A DNA stretch of 64,000 nucleotides from Parcubacteria group bacterium GW2011_GWA2_42_14 (GTDB lineage Bacteria > Patescibacteriota > Minisyncoccia > Sungbacterales > GWA2-42-14), in contig LCCV01000004.1 of the NCBI GenBank assembly GCA_000998135.1, positions 85,681-149,680 on the forward strand, given 5' to 3'. Made by a program: the position numbers and the translations under genes. How positions within the stretch are numbered: the stretch's first letter is position 1; each line of letters starts with the position of its first letter. The notes under the pieces were generated by a model. The model saw nothing but the letters and a program-made list of their open reading frames with translations. It was not told the origin of the DNA and searched no databases. Shown here one piece after another: positions 46,854 through 56,643 of this stretch.

Positions 46854-47987
46854 ATGTCAGAAGACACCGATAAAATTTTTGGGAATACGGAAGCAGAAGA
46901 ACTTTTGGGGAAAGCGGCTGATTTGTTTTACGAAAATAAATACGAGGCGGCCGAAACCGTGCTCAAGGAAGTTATCGAAAAATTCCCTGAATTTTTTCCC
47001 GGGTGGGCCGCCTCCGGAGATTTTTATTTGAATGTCGGCCGGCCGGATAAGGCTCTGGCTCCATTGCGAAAAGCGGTTCGGCTTTCATTCTACGAAGGCA
47101 TTGGCCATTATCTTTTGGGCGCGGCGTATATTAAAGTCGCTCGATTTCATCTGGCGGAACGGGAACTGGAAGCGGCCGAGAAACTGCTCGAGGAAAAAGC
47201 CGACGTAAAAGCGCATTTGGGCCGGGCTAAATTTATGCTGGGAAAAATTGAAGAGGGCCGGAAGCTAATTGCCGAAGCCGTGAATGATGACCCGGACAAT
47301 TCTTTTATCCGCTGCGATTTAGCTCAAACTTACGTAGCTGAAAAAAATTTTACCGAGGCCTTGCGCTTGGCCGAAAATATTTCTTCTGACGACCCTTTCT
47401 TTAAAAAAAATGCCGCTTTTATCCGCAAACTTAAGGAGGACTTTGACCGATTAACTCCGGAAGAACAAGAAAAAAACCGAGAAGAATCGCTTAGCGGTAA
47501 AGCAGGGCAGAAGATGAGGATTGAAATGCTTTTGGGGCTGGCGGACGCGGGCGAAGGACTAACCAAAGAAGATATGGCCGAAATCACCGAGGAAATGCGC
47601 CTTTTCGGACTTACCGGACAAATAACTATGATGAAGGATGAAAATGACCCCAAAAGCAAAGATGTTTTGGAGTTTATAAAAATGCATGAGGAGTTGGGAT
47701 TGGGAATGGGAAATAAGGTTAAAAAATTTTCTTCTGCCGAGATTCGCGAATTAACGGATGCGCTTTTGGAAGATACGCCCGTTTTGGAGAAGAAAAAAAC
47801 GCTGGTTAAGCTCGCGAGTTCCGGCCATAAAAAAGCGCTGGGAACGCTTAAACGTTTTTGCGAAAATCCGCGGCCCGGGGAACTTAAATTTTGGGCTGAA
47901 CTTGCCTATGACGAATGCCGCCTTATCAATTCCGGCGTTTCCGAAACAGAACCCCCGGTTATTTTCCGAAATTTGGAAGAAAATTAG
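46854..47987 (+). CDS. TPR-repeat protein
   Basis: Several TPRs in the N-half; HEAT-like C-terminus. Confidence 0.82.
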   Translation: MSEDTDKIFGNTEAEELLGKAADLFYENKYEAAETVLKEVIEKFPEFFPGWAASGDFYLNVGRPDKALAPLRKAVRLSFYEGIGHYLLGAAYIKVARFHLAERELEAAEKLLEEKADVKAHLGRAKFMLGKIEEGRKLIAEAVNDDPDNSFIRCDLAQTYVAEKNFTEALRLAENISSDDPFFKKNAAFIRKLKEDFDRLTPEEQEKNREESLSGKAGQKMRIEMLLGLADAGEGLTKEDMAEITEEMRLFGLTGQITMMKDENDPKSKDVLEFIKMHEELGLGMGNKVKKFSSAEIRELTDALLEDTPVLEKKKTLVKLASSGHKKALGTLKRFCENPRPGELKFWAELAYDECRLINSGVSETEPPVIFRNLEEN

Positions 47988-48120
47988 GAGAATGGTTCGA
48001 CAAACTTACCGCACGTTAGGAAAATAACATACCAGCAATCTTGCTTGTCCGCCTTTGGAGGGAGAATGTTGGTATGTTGCAGACCGCGTTAACGGCGGGC
48101 GGGCAAAACTTAAAAAATCT

Positions 48121-49374
48121 ATGAAATTATTTTATTCATTCAAAACGGCGGCTGGGGGGTTGGGCAGAAATAAATCCCGAAGCGTTTTAACGCTTTTAGG
48201 AATTGTTATCGGCATTGCCTCAATTATAACCGTAATGTCTGTTGGAGAAGGCGCTAAAAATTTGATTTTGGGGCAAATTCAGGGGTTGGGTTCCAAAACC
48301 ATAGCTGTTATTCCTGGACGTCAACCGCGGGGTCCTACTGATATCGCCGCTCTTCTTCTTGATTCGTTAAAGGAGAAGGACTTGAATAGTTTGCGTAAAC
48401 GGGAGAATGTGCCCTATGCGGCGGACGTTATGCCAGTAGTATTTGGACCAATACGGCTTGCCTATGAAGGGGAAACGTATCAGACGACCATGCTTGGCGG
48501 CGGGAGCACCGATACCAATGATATTCTCGGAAAAGTATTTGACGTATATCCTGAAAAAGGTCGTTTCTTTAGCGTTGAGGAGGTAAATTCAAAAGCCAGC
48601 GTTGCGACTATAGGTGATAAAATCCGCAGAGAACTTTTTGGTTTTACAGATCCTTTAGGTAAAATACTCAAAGTTAATGGGCTAAATTTTCGAGTCGTGG
48701 GTGTATTGGCTCCTAAGGGGCAGGTTTCCTTTTTTAATTTCGACGATACGCTTTTAGTGCCGTATACTACTGCCCAGCAGTATATTTTAGGACGTAAACA
48801 CTTTGATCGAATAATCGTAGTCGCAAAATCCGACGAAACCGTAGAGACAACGGTAGGAGATATCGCGGTTACTTTGCGCATAAACCACGGAATTACGGAC
48901 CCGTCTAAAGACGATTTTTTCATCCAGACCCAGGCTGATCTTGCTGATCGCTTAGGAACAGTGACTAGTATTTTGACAATACTTCTTACTTCAGTTGCGG
49001 GTATATCGCTTTTGGTCGGAGGCATTGGTATTATGAATATAATGCTCGTATCGGTTACCGAGAGGACGCGTGAAATCGGCTTGAGAAAAGCCATCGGTGC
49101 TACTAACCGAAATATATTAACACAGTTTCTTCTGGAAGCGGTCATGCTGACTATCGGAGGAGGGGTTATCGGAATAATTTTGGGACTTTCTTTATCGTTT
49201 TCGGCTTCGTTCATACTGGGGCAGTATCTTGGCGTTGATTGGGGTTTTACCATTCCTTTGAACGCGATAATTATCGGGCTCGGCCTTTCGGCGTTTGTCG
49301 GAATAGTTTTCGGAACTTATCCGGCCCGCCAAGCTTCATTGAAGAGTCCGATTGAAGCTTTGCGGTATGAATAA
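48121..49374 (+). CDS. MacB-type ABC permease
   Basis: RSVLTLLGIVIGIA, ISLLVGGIGIMNIMLVSVTERTREIGLRKAIGA, PIEALRYE. Confidence 0.95.
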   Translation: MKLFYSFKTAAGGLGRNKSRSVLTLLGIVIGIASIITVMSVGEGAKNLILGQIQGLGSKTIAVIPGRQPRGPTDIAALLLDSLKEKDLNSLRKRENVPYAADVMPVVFGPIRLAYEGETYQTTMLGGGSTDTNDILGKVFDVYPEKGRFFSVEEVNSKASVATIGDKIRRELFGFTDPLGKILKVNGLNFRVVGVLAPKGQVSFFNFDDTLLVPYTTAQQYILGRKHFDRIIVVAKSDETVETTVGDIAVTLRINHGITDPSKDDFFIQTQADLADRLGTVTSILTILLTSVAGISLLVGGIGIMNIMLVSVTERTREIGLRKAIGATNRNILTQFLLEAVMLTIGGGVIGIILGLSLSFSASFILGQYLGVDWGFTIPLNAIIIGLGLSAFVGIVFGTYPARQASLKSPIEALRYE

Positions 49375-49490
49375 CCTTGAATTAAAATAGTAAAAGTTTA
49401 TTCTTCGAGATTGTCGATGTTTCAACAAGCTCACCACAGGGAAGTTATAATTGTAAGGTTCTCGACAAGCTCGAACAATAAATTTTGTAA

Positions 49491-50012
49491 TTGAAAGTGG
49501 ATAATTTTAAACAGACAACAGAAATATCAGCTTCGTATCTTCGAAATTTTGTTTTCGGGGTTGAAGATAGCTTGGTTTCAACCGCGGGGCTTCTTTCGGG
49601 TATTGCTATTACGGGGATGCCGAGAAATAGTATTTTTGTTGCCGGAATTGTTCTTATTTTTGTGGAGGCCTTTTCCATGGCTGTCGGCAGTTTTCTTTCC
49701 GAACGCTCGGCCGCCGAATATATTGAAAAGAAAGAGGTTTCTGCTTCTGACTCGGTTCTTGACGGAATAATAATGTTTTTTTCTTATTTTATTTCAGGTT
49801 TTATTCCTTTGTTTCCTTATATTATAATGAATACTGAAAACGCCTTTTGGTTTTCAATCGTACTTTCTCTTATTGCCCTCTTTCTTTTAGGCGTTGTGGG
49901 AGCAAAAATTTCCGGCCGGAATATTTTTAAAAGCGGTTTTCGCATGGCCATTATCGGCGGAATCGCGATTGGTGTGGGAATAACCGTAGGCCGTATGGTT
50001 AATAATTTATGA
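49491..50012 (+). CDS. VIT1/CCC1 family transporter
   Basis: LRNFVFGVEDSLVS, SMAVGSFLSE, GFIPLFPY. Confidence 0.9.
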   Translation: MKVDNFKQTTEISASYLRNFVFGVEDSLVSTAGLLSGIAITGMPRNSIFVAGIVLIFVEAFSMAVGSFLSERSAAEYIEKKEVSASDSVLDGIIMFFSYFISGFIPLFPYIIMNTENAFWFSIVLSLIALFLLGVVGAKISGRNIFKSGFRMAIIGGIAIGVGITVGRMVNNL

Positions 50013-50163
50013 AGTTTCCGGACCGTTCAGAAACCGTTATTTTGAGTGTTAACAAAGAGTCGGGTTACCACCTAGACCGGATTCTTCGCGAATGGCCGGC
50101 TATAGGGAATGGCTGAAATGAGTCCCTTTGCATACAGTATAGTTGATGTAGTATTCTTAAAGT

Positions 50164-50973
50164 ATGAAACCAAATAAATTACAACAGGTCGCGCTGGCGG
50201 TTTTTTCGCTAGCCGGTACCGCCCTAATGGGCTATCTTCTCTCGCTCAAGTTCTTTTCTAAAGCCTCGTCGTTTTGCGAGCTGGGCGAAGGTTTTTCGTG
50301 CGACCTTGTCAACCAGAGTATCTACTCGGAAATTTTCGGAATTCCCGTATCACTCCTGGGCCTGCTTTATTTTCTCGGGGTGCTGGTTGCGGTTTTGTGG
50401 CGGTATAATGAGACTACGCTAAAATCCATTCTCTTTTTTTCCATCGTATTTTTAGGGCCGTCGCTTTACCTAAGTTATATTGAATTTTTTGTGTTAAAGA
50501 GTATCTGCGTTTTTTGTGAAGCATCAAAAGTTTTGATACTTGCCGTAATTGCCGTATCCGGATACGCACTAAGAGGGAGGACCGGCAGGCAGTTCGTGAT
50601 ATCGGCTATGGCAGTTGGACTTGTTTTTGCCGGAGTCACTTATTTTATTCATGCTAACGCCGGACCCGGGGAAAAATATAACGCTCTGGCTCAGTGCCTT
50701 GATGAGAAAGGGTACAAAGTGTACGGCTCCATAACTTGCGCGTCGTGCGCGAGACAAAGAGCCATGTTCGGCGATGCGTATAAATTCATAGAGGAGATTG
50801 AGTGCGATCCGCGAAATCCGCATAATGTCGTGGAACTCTGTATTGCCAAAAACATAAAAAAGACACCTACATGGATTCAGGAGGATGAAGCCGGAGGCGA
50901 GCTTTACCGGTTTGAGGCAGGCATAGTGTCTCTGGAGAATCTCTCCCGCGTGTCAGGGTGTTCACTGGAGTAA
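50164..50973 (+). CDS. VKOR-thioredoxin fusion
   Basis: CELGEGFSCDLVNQSIYS, ICVFC; Trx-like domain YGSITCASC..Q..FG, IEC, PTW. Confidence 0.88.
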   Translation: MKPNKLQQVALAVFSLAGTALMGYLLSLKFFSKASSFCELGEGFSCDLVNQSIYSEIFGIPVSLLGLLYFLGVLVAVLWRYNETTLKSILFFSIVFLGPSLYLSYIEFFVLKSICVFCEASKVLILAVIAVSGYALRGRTGRQFVISAMAVGLVFAGVTYFIHANAGPGEKYNALAQCLDEKGYKVYGSITCASCARQRAMFGDAYKFIEEIECDPRNPHNVVELCIAKNIKKTPTWIQEDEAGGELYRFEAGIVSLENLSRVSGCSLE

Positions 50974-51056
50974 ATTTAAGTTAAGGCGAAGTTGTGAAGA
51001 CCGGCCCTGAATTTAGGTGCGCCCCTCAATAATTTCAAGGAGTAAAATAAAATCTT

Positions 51057-51773
51057 ATGGCTATAGATAATTTAACCATCCCCATTATCGTCAGCGCGGC
51101 ACTGGTTGACAGCATCAACCCCTGCGTTTTAGGCGTGCTTATTTTTTTGCTGGCATTCATGACTAGCGCTTTCCGCAGCCGGACGCGGATGCTTCTCGGA
51201 GGGCTTTTCTATAGTTTGGTGGTATACGTTACTTATCTTGCGCTCGGTTTAGGAATTTTGAGGATAACCGTGTCCATCGGGGTTTCCACCGCTTTCTACT
51301 GGGTGGCCGCCCTGGTGGCTATTGCGGCCGGGCTTTTTGAAATAAAAGATTTTTTCTGGTACGGAAAGGGGTTTTCTTTGCAGATGATTCCCGGAGCGTC
51401 AGAACGCATCAAGTATTACACCTCGAGAATCGCGGCAATTCAGGAAAATCGTCCCGGCTTGAGCTTGCTTTTTATCGGTCTCTTGGGGGTTTTTGTCGTT
51501 TTGGTGGAATTGCCCTGCACCGGAGCGCCGTATTTTGCGGTTTTGGCCCTGTTGGCCAAAGGAGCGTATGCAGATGCGGTTCCCTTTTTGCTTCTGTATA
51601 ATTTTATTTTTGTGCTTCCGTTGCTCGCGGTGGTCGCGGTCGCTTATTTTGGAACCTCATCCGAACAAATGGAGGAATGGCGTAAGCGCCATCGGGGTCT
51701 TATGCGATTGGTTATAGGAACTTTTCTCATTGCTCTGGGTGTTTTCATGCTTTACTCGATTCAAGGGTTTTAA
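51057..51773 (+). CDS. CcdA/DsbD-like membrane protein
   Basis: DSINPC, ELPCTGAPY, YNFIFVLPL. Confidence 0.87.
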   Translation: MAIDNLTIPIIVSAALVDSINPCVLGVLIFLLAFMTSAFRSRTRMLLGGLFYSLVVYVTYLALGLGILRITVSIGVSTAFYWVAALVAIAAGLFEIKDFFWYGKGFSLQMIPGASERIKYYTSRIAAIQENRPGLSLLFIGLLGVFVVLVELPCTGAPYFAVLALLAKGAYADAVPFLLLYNFIFVLPLLAVVAVAYFGTSSEQMEEWRKRHRGLMRLVIGTFLIALGVFMLYSIQGF

Positions 51774-51878
51774 TCGGAATATTTTGCGTCTGTTTAGCGT
51801 TTGGTTTCGCGTCAGTTTAGCGCTACTGCGCCTTTATCGTGAAACAGACGCGAAACTATACGCGAAAATAGGATAAAA

Positions 51879-54497
51879 TTGATTACCCCAAGGTTAAATG
51901 CCAAATGGCACGAACTCCCGATTAAGGATTTGCTGCAGGAATTCGGGTCCAATTTAGAAACCGGACTGGCGGATGACGAGGTCGGGCGAAGGCGGGCAGA
52001 GTTCGGACCGAACGAACTTCCGAAAGGAAAAAAGCTCCACTGGTGGGAGTTTTTTTTCCGACAGTTCAAAAATCCACTTATTTTCATTTTGCTCGCGGCC
52101 GGAGCGATTACTTGGTGGCTTGCCGAGTATCTGGATACCATTGTCATATTTCTCGCGGTGCTGGTGAATGTTGCTATCGGATTTTGGCAGGAATTCCGGT
52201 CCAACCGCATTTTTGAAAAACTTCAGGCGATTGTGGCGGTGCGTTCGCGCGTGCGCAGAGACGGTAAAATGCGGGAGATCAACGCGAAAGACCTTGTTCC
52301 CGGCGACATAATTCTCCTTTACGCGGGAGTGAAGGTTCCGGCTGATGCCCGGATTCTTGAAGCGCGGCGATTGGAAGTGAATGAGGCGCTTCTTACCGGA
52401 GAATCTCTTCCGGTCAAGAAGACGGTTTTGGATCTTTCCGGTAGAACGGCGCTCGCCGATAGAAAAAATATGGTTCATGCGGGAACTGTGGTGGAGCAGG
52501 GTGAGTGTATTGCTCTGGTGGTAGCAATCGGAGAGAATACGGAACTCGGCGAGATCGCTCGCCTTACCGCCTCGGTGGAGGAGGAGTCCACCCCGCTTCA
52601 GGAGCGTTTGGCGCGCCTCGGTAAAATCATCGCGGGTTTTGTTCTGGCCGCGGCGTTTTTCGTAATCCTCGTCGGAGTTTGGGAGGGAAGAGCATTTGTG
52701 GAGATGTTTACGGTAGGAGTCGCGGTGGCGGTTGCCGCGATCCCCGAAGGGCTTCCTGCCGCACTCTCGGTGGTGCTCGCCGTAGCTTCGCAAAGGATTT
52801 TTGGACGAAAGGGACTGGTTAAAACTCTCATTGGTGCCGAAACTCTCGGCTCCACAACCGTAATTTGTACGGATAAGACCGGAACTCTTACCGAAGGAAT
52901 CATGCAGGTGGAGAAGCTCGTTGAAGCCAAGGACCCTAAACGTAGCGCTTTAGCACTCGCACTCGCGAACGAAGCGGCCGTCATGGACCGGGGAGATATC
53001 AGGGGAGAAGCAACCGATTGCGCGAAGCTTAAATATTTTTTGGAAGAGGGCGGGGGTAATCTTGACGAAGCGCTCAAGGAATACCCGCGCCTGGCCATAC
53101 TCCCGTTTGACGCGGACGAAAAATATATCGCGTCGTTCCACGGAGGAAAAGAGCGCCTGATAAACCTATTTGTCACGGGCGCTCCGGAAATTCTTATTGA
53201 ACGTTCGACTCTGTCGGAGCGGGAAAAAGGGCGAATGCGGGAGATAGTGGATTCTTTTGCCGCCCGGGGATACCGGATGATTGCTACGGCCGAGCGCGGT
53301 ATTGTGCGCAGTGCCTCGCGGATAGATCCGGATGACATCGCTGGGCTTCGTCGGGAGGTAGGAGGGCTCTTGCTTTCCGGACTTGCGGCAGTCCGCGATC
53401 CGGCGCGCCCCGACGTAAAAGAATCTTTGAAAATCACGCGCCAAGCGGGCATTCGCGTCCTTATGGTAACCGGGGACCATAAGCTTACGGCGCGCGCCAT
53501 CGGCCAGGATTTGGGATTCAGTGCTGATCCGTCGGCTCTTATTGACGGCCCGGAATTGGATCAATTGTCGGATGAGGAATTCGCCCGACGGATCCGGAGC
53601 GTGGAAATATTTTCGCGCGCTTCCCCTAGGCACAAGATGCGGATTATAAACGTCTTAAGGATAGAGGGACATGTGACGGCCATGACCGGGGACGGCGTAA
53701 ACGACGCTCCGGCTCTTAAGGCGGCGGATGTCGGGGTCTCGGTCGGCGACGGAGCGGACGTTACCAAAGAGGCGGCGGACCTTGTGCTTTTGGATGACTC
53801 GTTCTCGACCATTACCTCGGCCATCCGCGAAGGCAGGATCGCTTTTGATAACATGCGCAAAGTCGCCGTTTTCCTGCTGATGGGTTCCTTTACTGAATTT
53901 ATTCTCGTCGTAACGTCGCTCGTCTTGGGAATCCCGCTTCCCGTAACCGCGGTGCAGATTCTCTGGGCGAATATTATTGAGGACGGGTTTCCTAATTTTG
54001 CTTTGGCTTTTGAGCCCGGCGAGAAGGATATCATGGAGCGCCGGCCATTTAAACGTAAAGAGCCGATACTTGATCGGCTCGGAATGGCTTTTGTATTTAT
54101 TCAGGGGATCCTTACCGACCTTATTTTGGTGGGAGTATTCCTCTGGCTCTTCTATAATTCTTCCTACACCCTCGAACATCTCCGGACTATTATACTTGCC
54201 GCTCTTACTACTGATGCGCTTCTTTTGGTCTTTGTCCTTAAAAATCTGCGCGAGCCGCTGTATAAAATCGAGTTTTTCAGCAATTACTATCTTCTTTTGG
54301 CTGTTATTTTGGGATTTACCGCGATGTTTGCGGCAATTTACGCTCCGCCTCTTCAGTGGCTTCTCGGCACCGTTCCTTTAAGCGCGGGGGATATAGCGCT
54401 CGTCCTCGGCATGGGTCTTTTGGAGGTGGGGCTCGCCGAGGGTATCAAATGGTGGTTCAGACGCGGTGGATATTTTAGGGTGCAAACAGCTTCTTAA
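51879..54497 (+). CDS. Cation-transporting P-type ATPase (type IIA-like)
   Basis: LTGES, AIPEGLP, CTDKTGTLT, VTGDH, MTGDGVNDAP, QILWAN. Confidence 0.95.
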   Translation: MITPRLNAKWHELPIKDLLQEFGSNLETGLADDEVGRRRAEFGPNELPKGKKLHWWEFFFRQFKNPLIFILLAAGAITWWLAEYLDTIVIFLAVLVNVAIGFWQEFRSNRIFEKLQAIVAVRSRVRRDGKMREINAKDLVPGDIILLYAGVKVPADARILEARRLEVNEALLTGESLPVKKTVLDLSGRTALADRKNMVHAGTVVEQGECIALVVAIGENTELGEIARLTASVEEESTPLQERLARLGKIIAGFVLAAAFFVILVGVWEGRAFVEMFTVGVAVAVAAIPEGLPAALSVVLAVASQRIFGRKGLVKTLIGAETLGSTTVICTDKTGTLTEGIMQVEKLVEAKDPKRSALALALANEAAVMDRGDIRGEATDCAKLKYFLEEGGGNLDEALKEYPRLAILPFDADEKYIASFHGGKERLINLFVTGAPEILIERSTLSEREKGRMREIVDSFAARGYRMIATAERGIVRSASRIDPDDIAGLRREVGGLLLSGLAAVRDPARPDVKESLKITRQAGIRVLMVTGDHKLTARAIGQDLGFSADPSALIDGPELDQLSDEEFARRIRSVEIFSRASPRHKMRIINVLRIEGHVTAMTGDGVNDAPALKAADVGVSVGDGADVTKEAADLVLLDDSFSTITSAIREGRIAFDNMRKVAVFLLMGSFTEFILVVTSLVLGIPLPVTAVQILWANIIEDGFPNFALAFEPGEKDIMERRPFKRKEPILDRLGMAFVFIQGILTDLILVGVFLWLFYNSSYTLEHLRTIILAALTTDALLLVFVLKNLREPLYKIEFFSNYYLLLAVILGFTAMFAAIYAPPLQWLLGTVPLSAGDIALVLGMGLLEVGLAEGIKWWFRRGGYFRVQTAS

Positions 54498-54720
54498 ACA
54501 GATATAATATATATGAATGGCGACCCCGCTCCAATTTTGCGGGATATTCTGGGGCAAGCCGCTTCGCCCGACGAGGGTTGTCCTATGCGGACACGCGGCT
54601 TGCGAGAGGATATGGCTATAGGGCGAAGGAAGCCAAGTTAAAATATAGGCAAAATTGGAGCGGGGTGCTCATATTTATACCTAAAATTTGTTCGCCCGCT
54701 GCTCCAAATTTTAGACAAAT

Positions 54721-54888
54721 ATGGCAGAAGAAAAACTTTTTAAATGCGCCAAGTGCGCGAAAGAAAAAAAGAAAGAAGAGGGGATGTATGTGCTTGAAGG
54801 CACGGCTTTTTGTTGCAAAGAATGTTGCGGTGTTCCGTCAAAGAACGAGCGCAAAGAGAAGAAGGCGAACGTTTGCGAATTCTGCTAA
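54721..54888 (+). CDS. 55-aa Cys-rich metallothionein/TRASH-like protein
   Basis: Manual translation: MAEEKLFKCAKCAKEKKKEEGMYVLEGTAFCCKECCGVPSKNERKEKKANVCEFC*. Below the ORF-track cutoff. Confidence 0.8.
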   Translation: MAEEKLFKCAKCAKEKKKEEGMYVLEGTAFCCKECCGVPSKNERKEKKANVCEFC

Positions 54889-54912
54889 GCAGCCAATTTA
54901 GCAAAATGACTC

Positions 54913-56151
54913 ATGGAAAAGGTGAAGTATCTAATAATAGGAGGCGGCATTGCCGGCACAACTGCCGCGGAAACAATCCGGCAGAATGACCCTGTCGGAA
55001 CTATTGCCATTGTGTCTGATGAGCCATATCGGCTGTATTCGCGTATCATGCTTTCTAAGCCGAATTTTTTTCTGGAGAAAATTCCTTTTGAAAATGTGTG
55101 GTTGAAAAAAGATTCGTGGTATACGGAAAATAATATAATGCTGCTCGCCCCCAAAAAAGCCATTTCACTTGATACCGTAAAAAAAGAAGTAAAGCTTGAT
55201 GACGGGCAAGTCATCCGTTATGAAAAATTGCTCCTGGCGGTAGGGGGATGCGCGCGCCAGTGGGGAATTAAGGGCAGTGAAAAAAAAGGAATATTTTATA
55301 TTCGGACCCTTGACGACGCTAAGGCAATAATTAGCGCGGTAAAATCATCAGAAAACGCCGTGGCCATCGGAGGGGGGTTTATAAGTTTTGAAATGTGCGA
55401 TATGCTGAAATTGGCGGGAATTAACGTATCACTTATTTTGCGGGAATCATATTTTTGGGAGCCGCTGCTTGATGAACAGTCCGGCAGAATGATTGAGCGG
55501 GCCCTGGAAAAAGGCGGTGTTAAAATTTTTTATAATTCGCAGGTTAAGGAAATAATTGGCGCAGATAAGGTAGAGGAAATTGTATTGGATAACGGCGAAA
55601 AGATTTCCTGCAATATGCTCATGGTCGGTATCGGGGTGGTTTGCCCTTTTGGATGGGTTCAGGCAGGCGGTATTTCCGTTAATCGCGGAATATTGGCCAA
55701 CGAGTATCTGGAAACCGATAAACCGGATATTTGGACGGCCGGGGATTCGGCGGAGTTTAACGATATTATTTTGGGGGAGAGGGTGCAGCTCGGCAACTGG
55801 GTTAACGCTCAAATGCAGGGAAGAATTGCCGGTTTGAATATGTTAGGAAAGCGCAATCCGTTTAAATTGGTATCGTTTTACACCACCCAGGGGTTCGGTA
55901 TAACGATTGCTTTTGTTGGCGACGTAAAACCCGGACAGGATCGTTTGGTAATCGGACGCGGTTTACCGGATTCCGGCTCTTATGGAAGAATTCTTGTTAA
56001 AGACGGAGAGATCATGGGCGCTACGCTTATCAACCGCACTTCGGAACTGGGCGCGATTTCCAAACTTATTGAAAAAGATATAAAAGTTTCCGGACATGAA
56101 AAGGAACTTGGCGACGCTAATTTTGACCTTAAGAAATTAATCAATGGATAA
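54913..56151 (+). CDS. FAD/NAD(P)-dependent oxidoreductase (rubredoxin/ferredoxin reductase-like)
   Basis: GGGIAG, LLAVGG, RTLDD, IGGGFIS.E, TAGD. Confidence 0.9.
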   Translation: MEKVKYLIIGGGIAGTTAAETIRQNDPVGTIAIVSDEPYRLYSRIMLSKPNFFLEKIPFENVWLKKDSWYTENNIMLLAPKKAISLDTVKKEVKLDDGQVIRYEKLLLAVGGCARQWGIKGSEKKGIFYIRTLDDAKAIISAVKSSENAVAIGGGFISFEMCDMLKLAGINVSLILRESYFWEPLLDEQSGRMIERALEKGGVKIFYNSQVKEIIGADKVEEIVLDNGEKISCNMLMVGIGVVCPFGWVQAGGISVNRGILANEYLETDKPDIWTAGDSAEFNDIILGERVQLGNWVNAQMQGRIAGLNMLGKRNPFKLVSFYTTQGFGITIAFVGDVKPGQDRLVIGRGLPDSGSYGRILVKDGEIMGATLINRTSELGAISKLIEKDIKVSGHEKELGDANFDLKKLING

Positions 56152-56632
56152 TGAACATAAGAAAATTAAAATCGGGTGGTTCACTTTTTCTTGCTGTGAG
56201 GACAATACTATTGTGATGACGGAAATTATGAACGACCATTGGCAGGAGTGGAAAAAACTTTTTGATTTCAGGCACGCCAATGTTCTTAAATCTAAAAATA
56301 TCCTTGATGAGTTGGATATCGCTTTTGTAGAGGGGGCGATAGCTTCGGAAAAGCATGCGGAGAAACTCCGTGAAATAAGGGAAAAATCAAAGAAATTGGT
56401 GGCGGTGGGCGCTTGCGCCGTTGTCGGGATGCCGGCGGCCCAGAGAAACTATTTTAACGAACAGCAAAAGCAGGAAATAGAATTTTTAGTCGCGCGTTTT
56501 GCGGCACTTCCCAAAGTGCTTAAGGTTTCCGATGTCGTGAAAGTGGACGCCGAAGTGGGAGGATGCCCCATGGACCCTGATAAATTTTTGACGGCCGTTG
56601 CCGGTCTCGTTGAAGAGTTAAAAAAGGTTTAG
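56144..56632 (+). CDS. NiFe hydrogenase small subunit, minimal (proximal cluster only)
   Basis: FSCCED, FVEGAI, VGACA..G, GCP. Confidence 0.88.
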   Translation: MDNEHKKIKIGWFTFSCCEDNTIVMTEIMNDHWQEWKKLFDFRHANVLKSKNILDELDIAFVEGAIASEKHAEKLREIREKSKKLVAVGACAVVGMPAAQRNYFNEQQKQEIEFLVARFAALPKVLKVSDVVKVDAEVGGCPMDPDKFLTAVAGLVEELKKV

Positions 56633-56643
56633 TTTTAAACACT

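Noticed and set aside
52598-53500. 300-aa minus-strand ORF and similar long antisense ORFs (33191..33856, 48480..49253, 51954..52793, 56698..57393)
   Set aside because: They lie antisense to well-supported genes and have no recognisable motifs.
54578-54901. 107-aa ORF
   Set aside because: It overlaps the better-supported 55-aa Cys-rich ORF in another frame.
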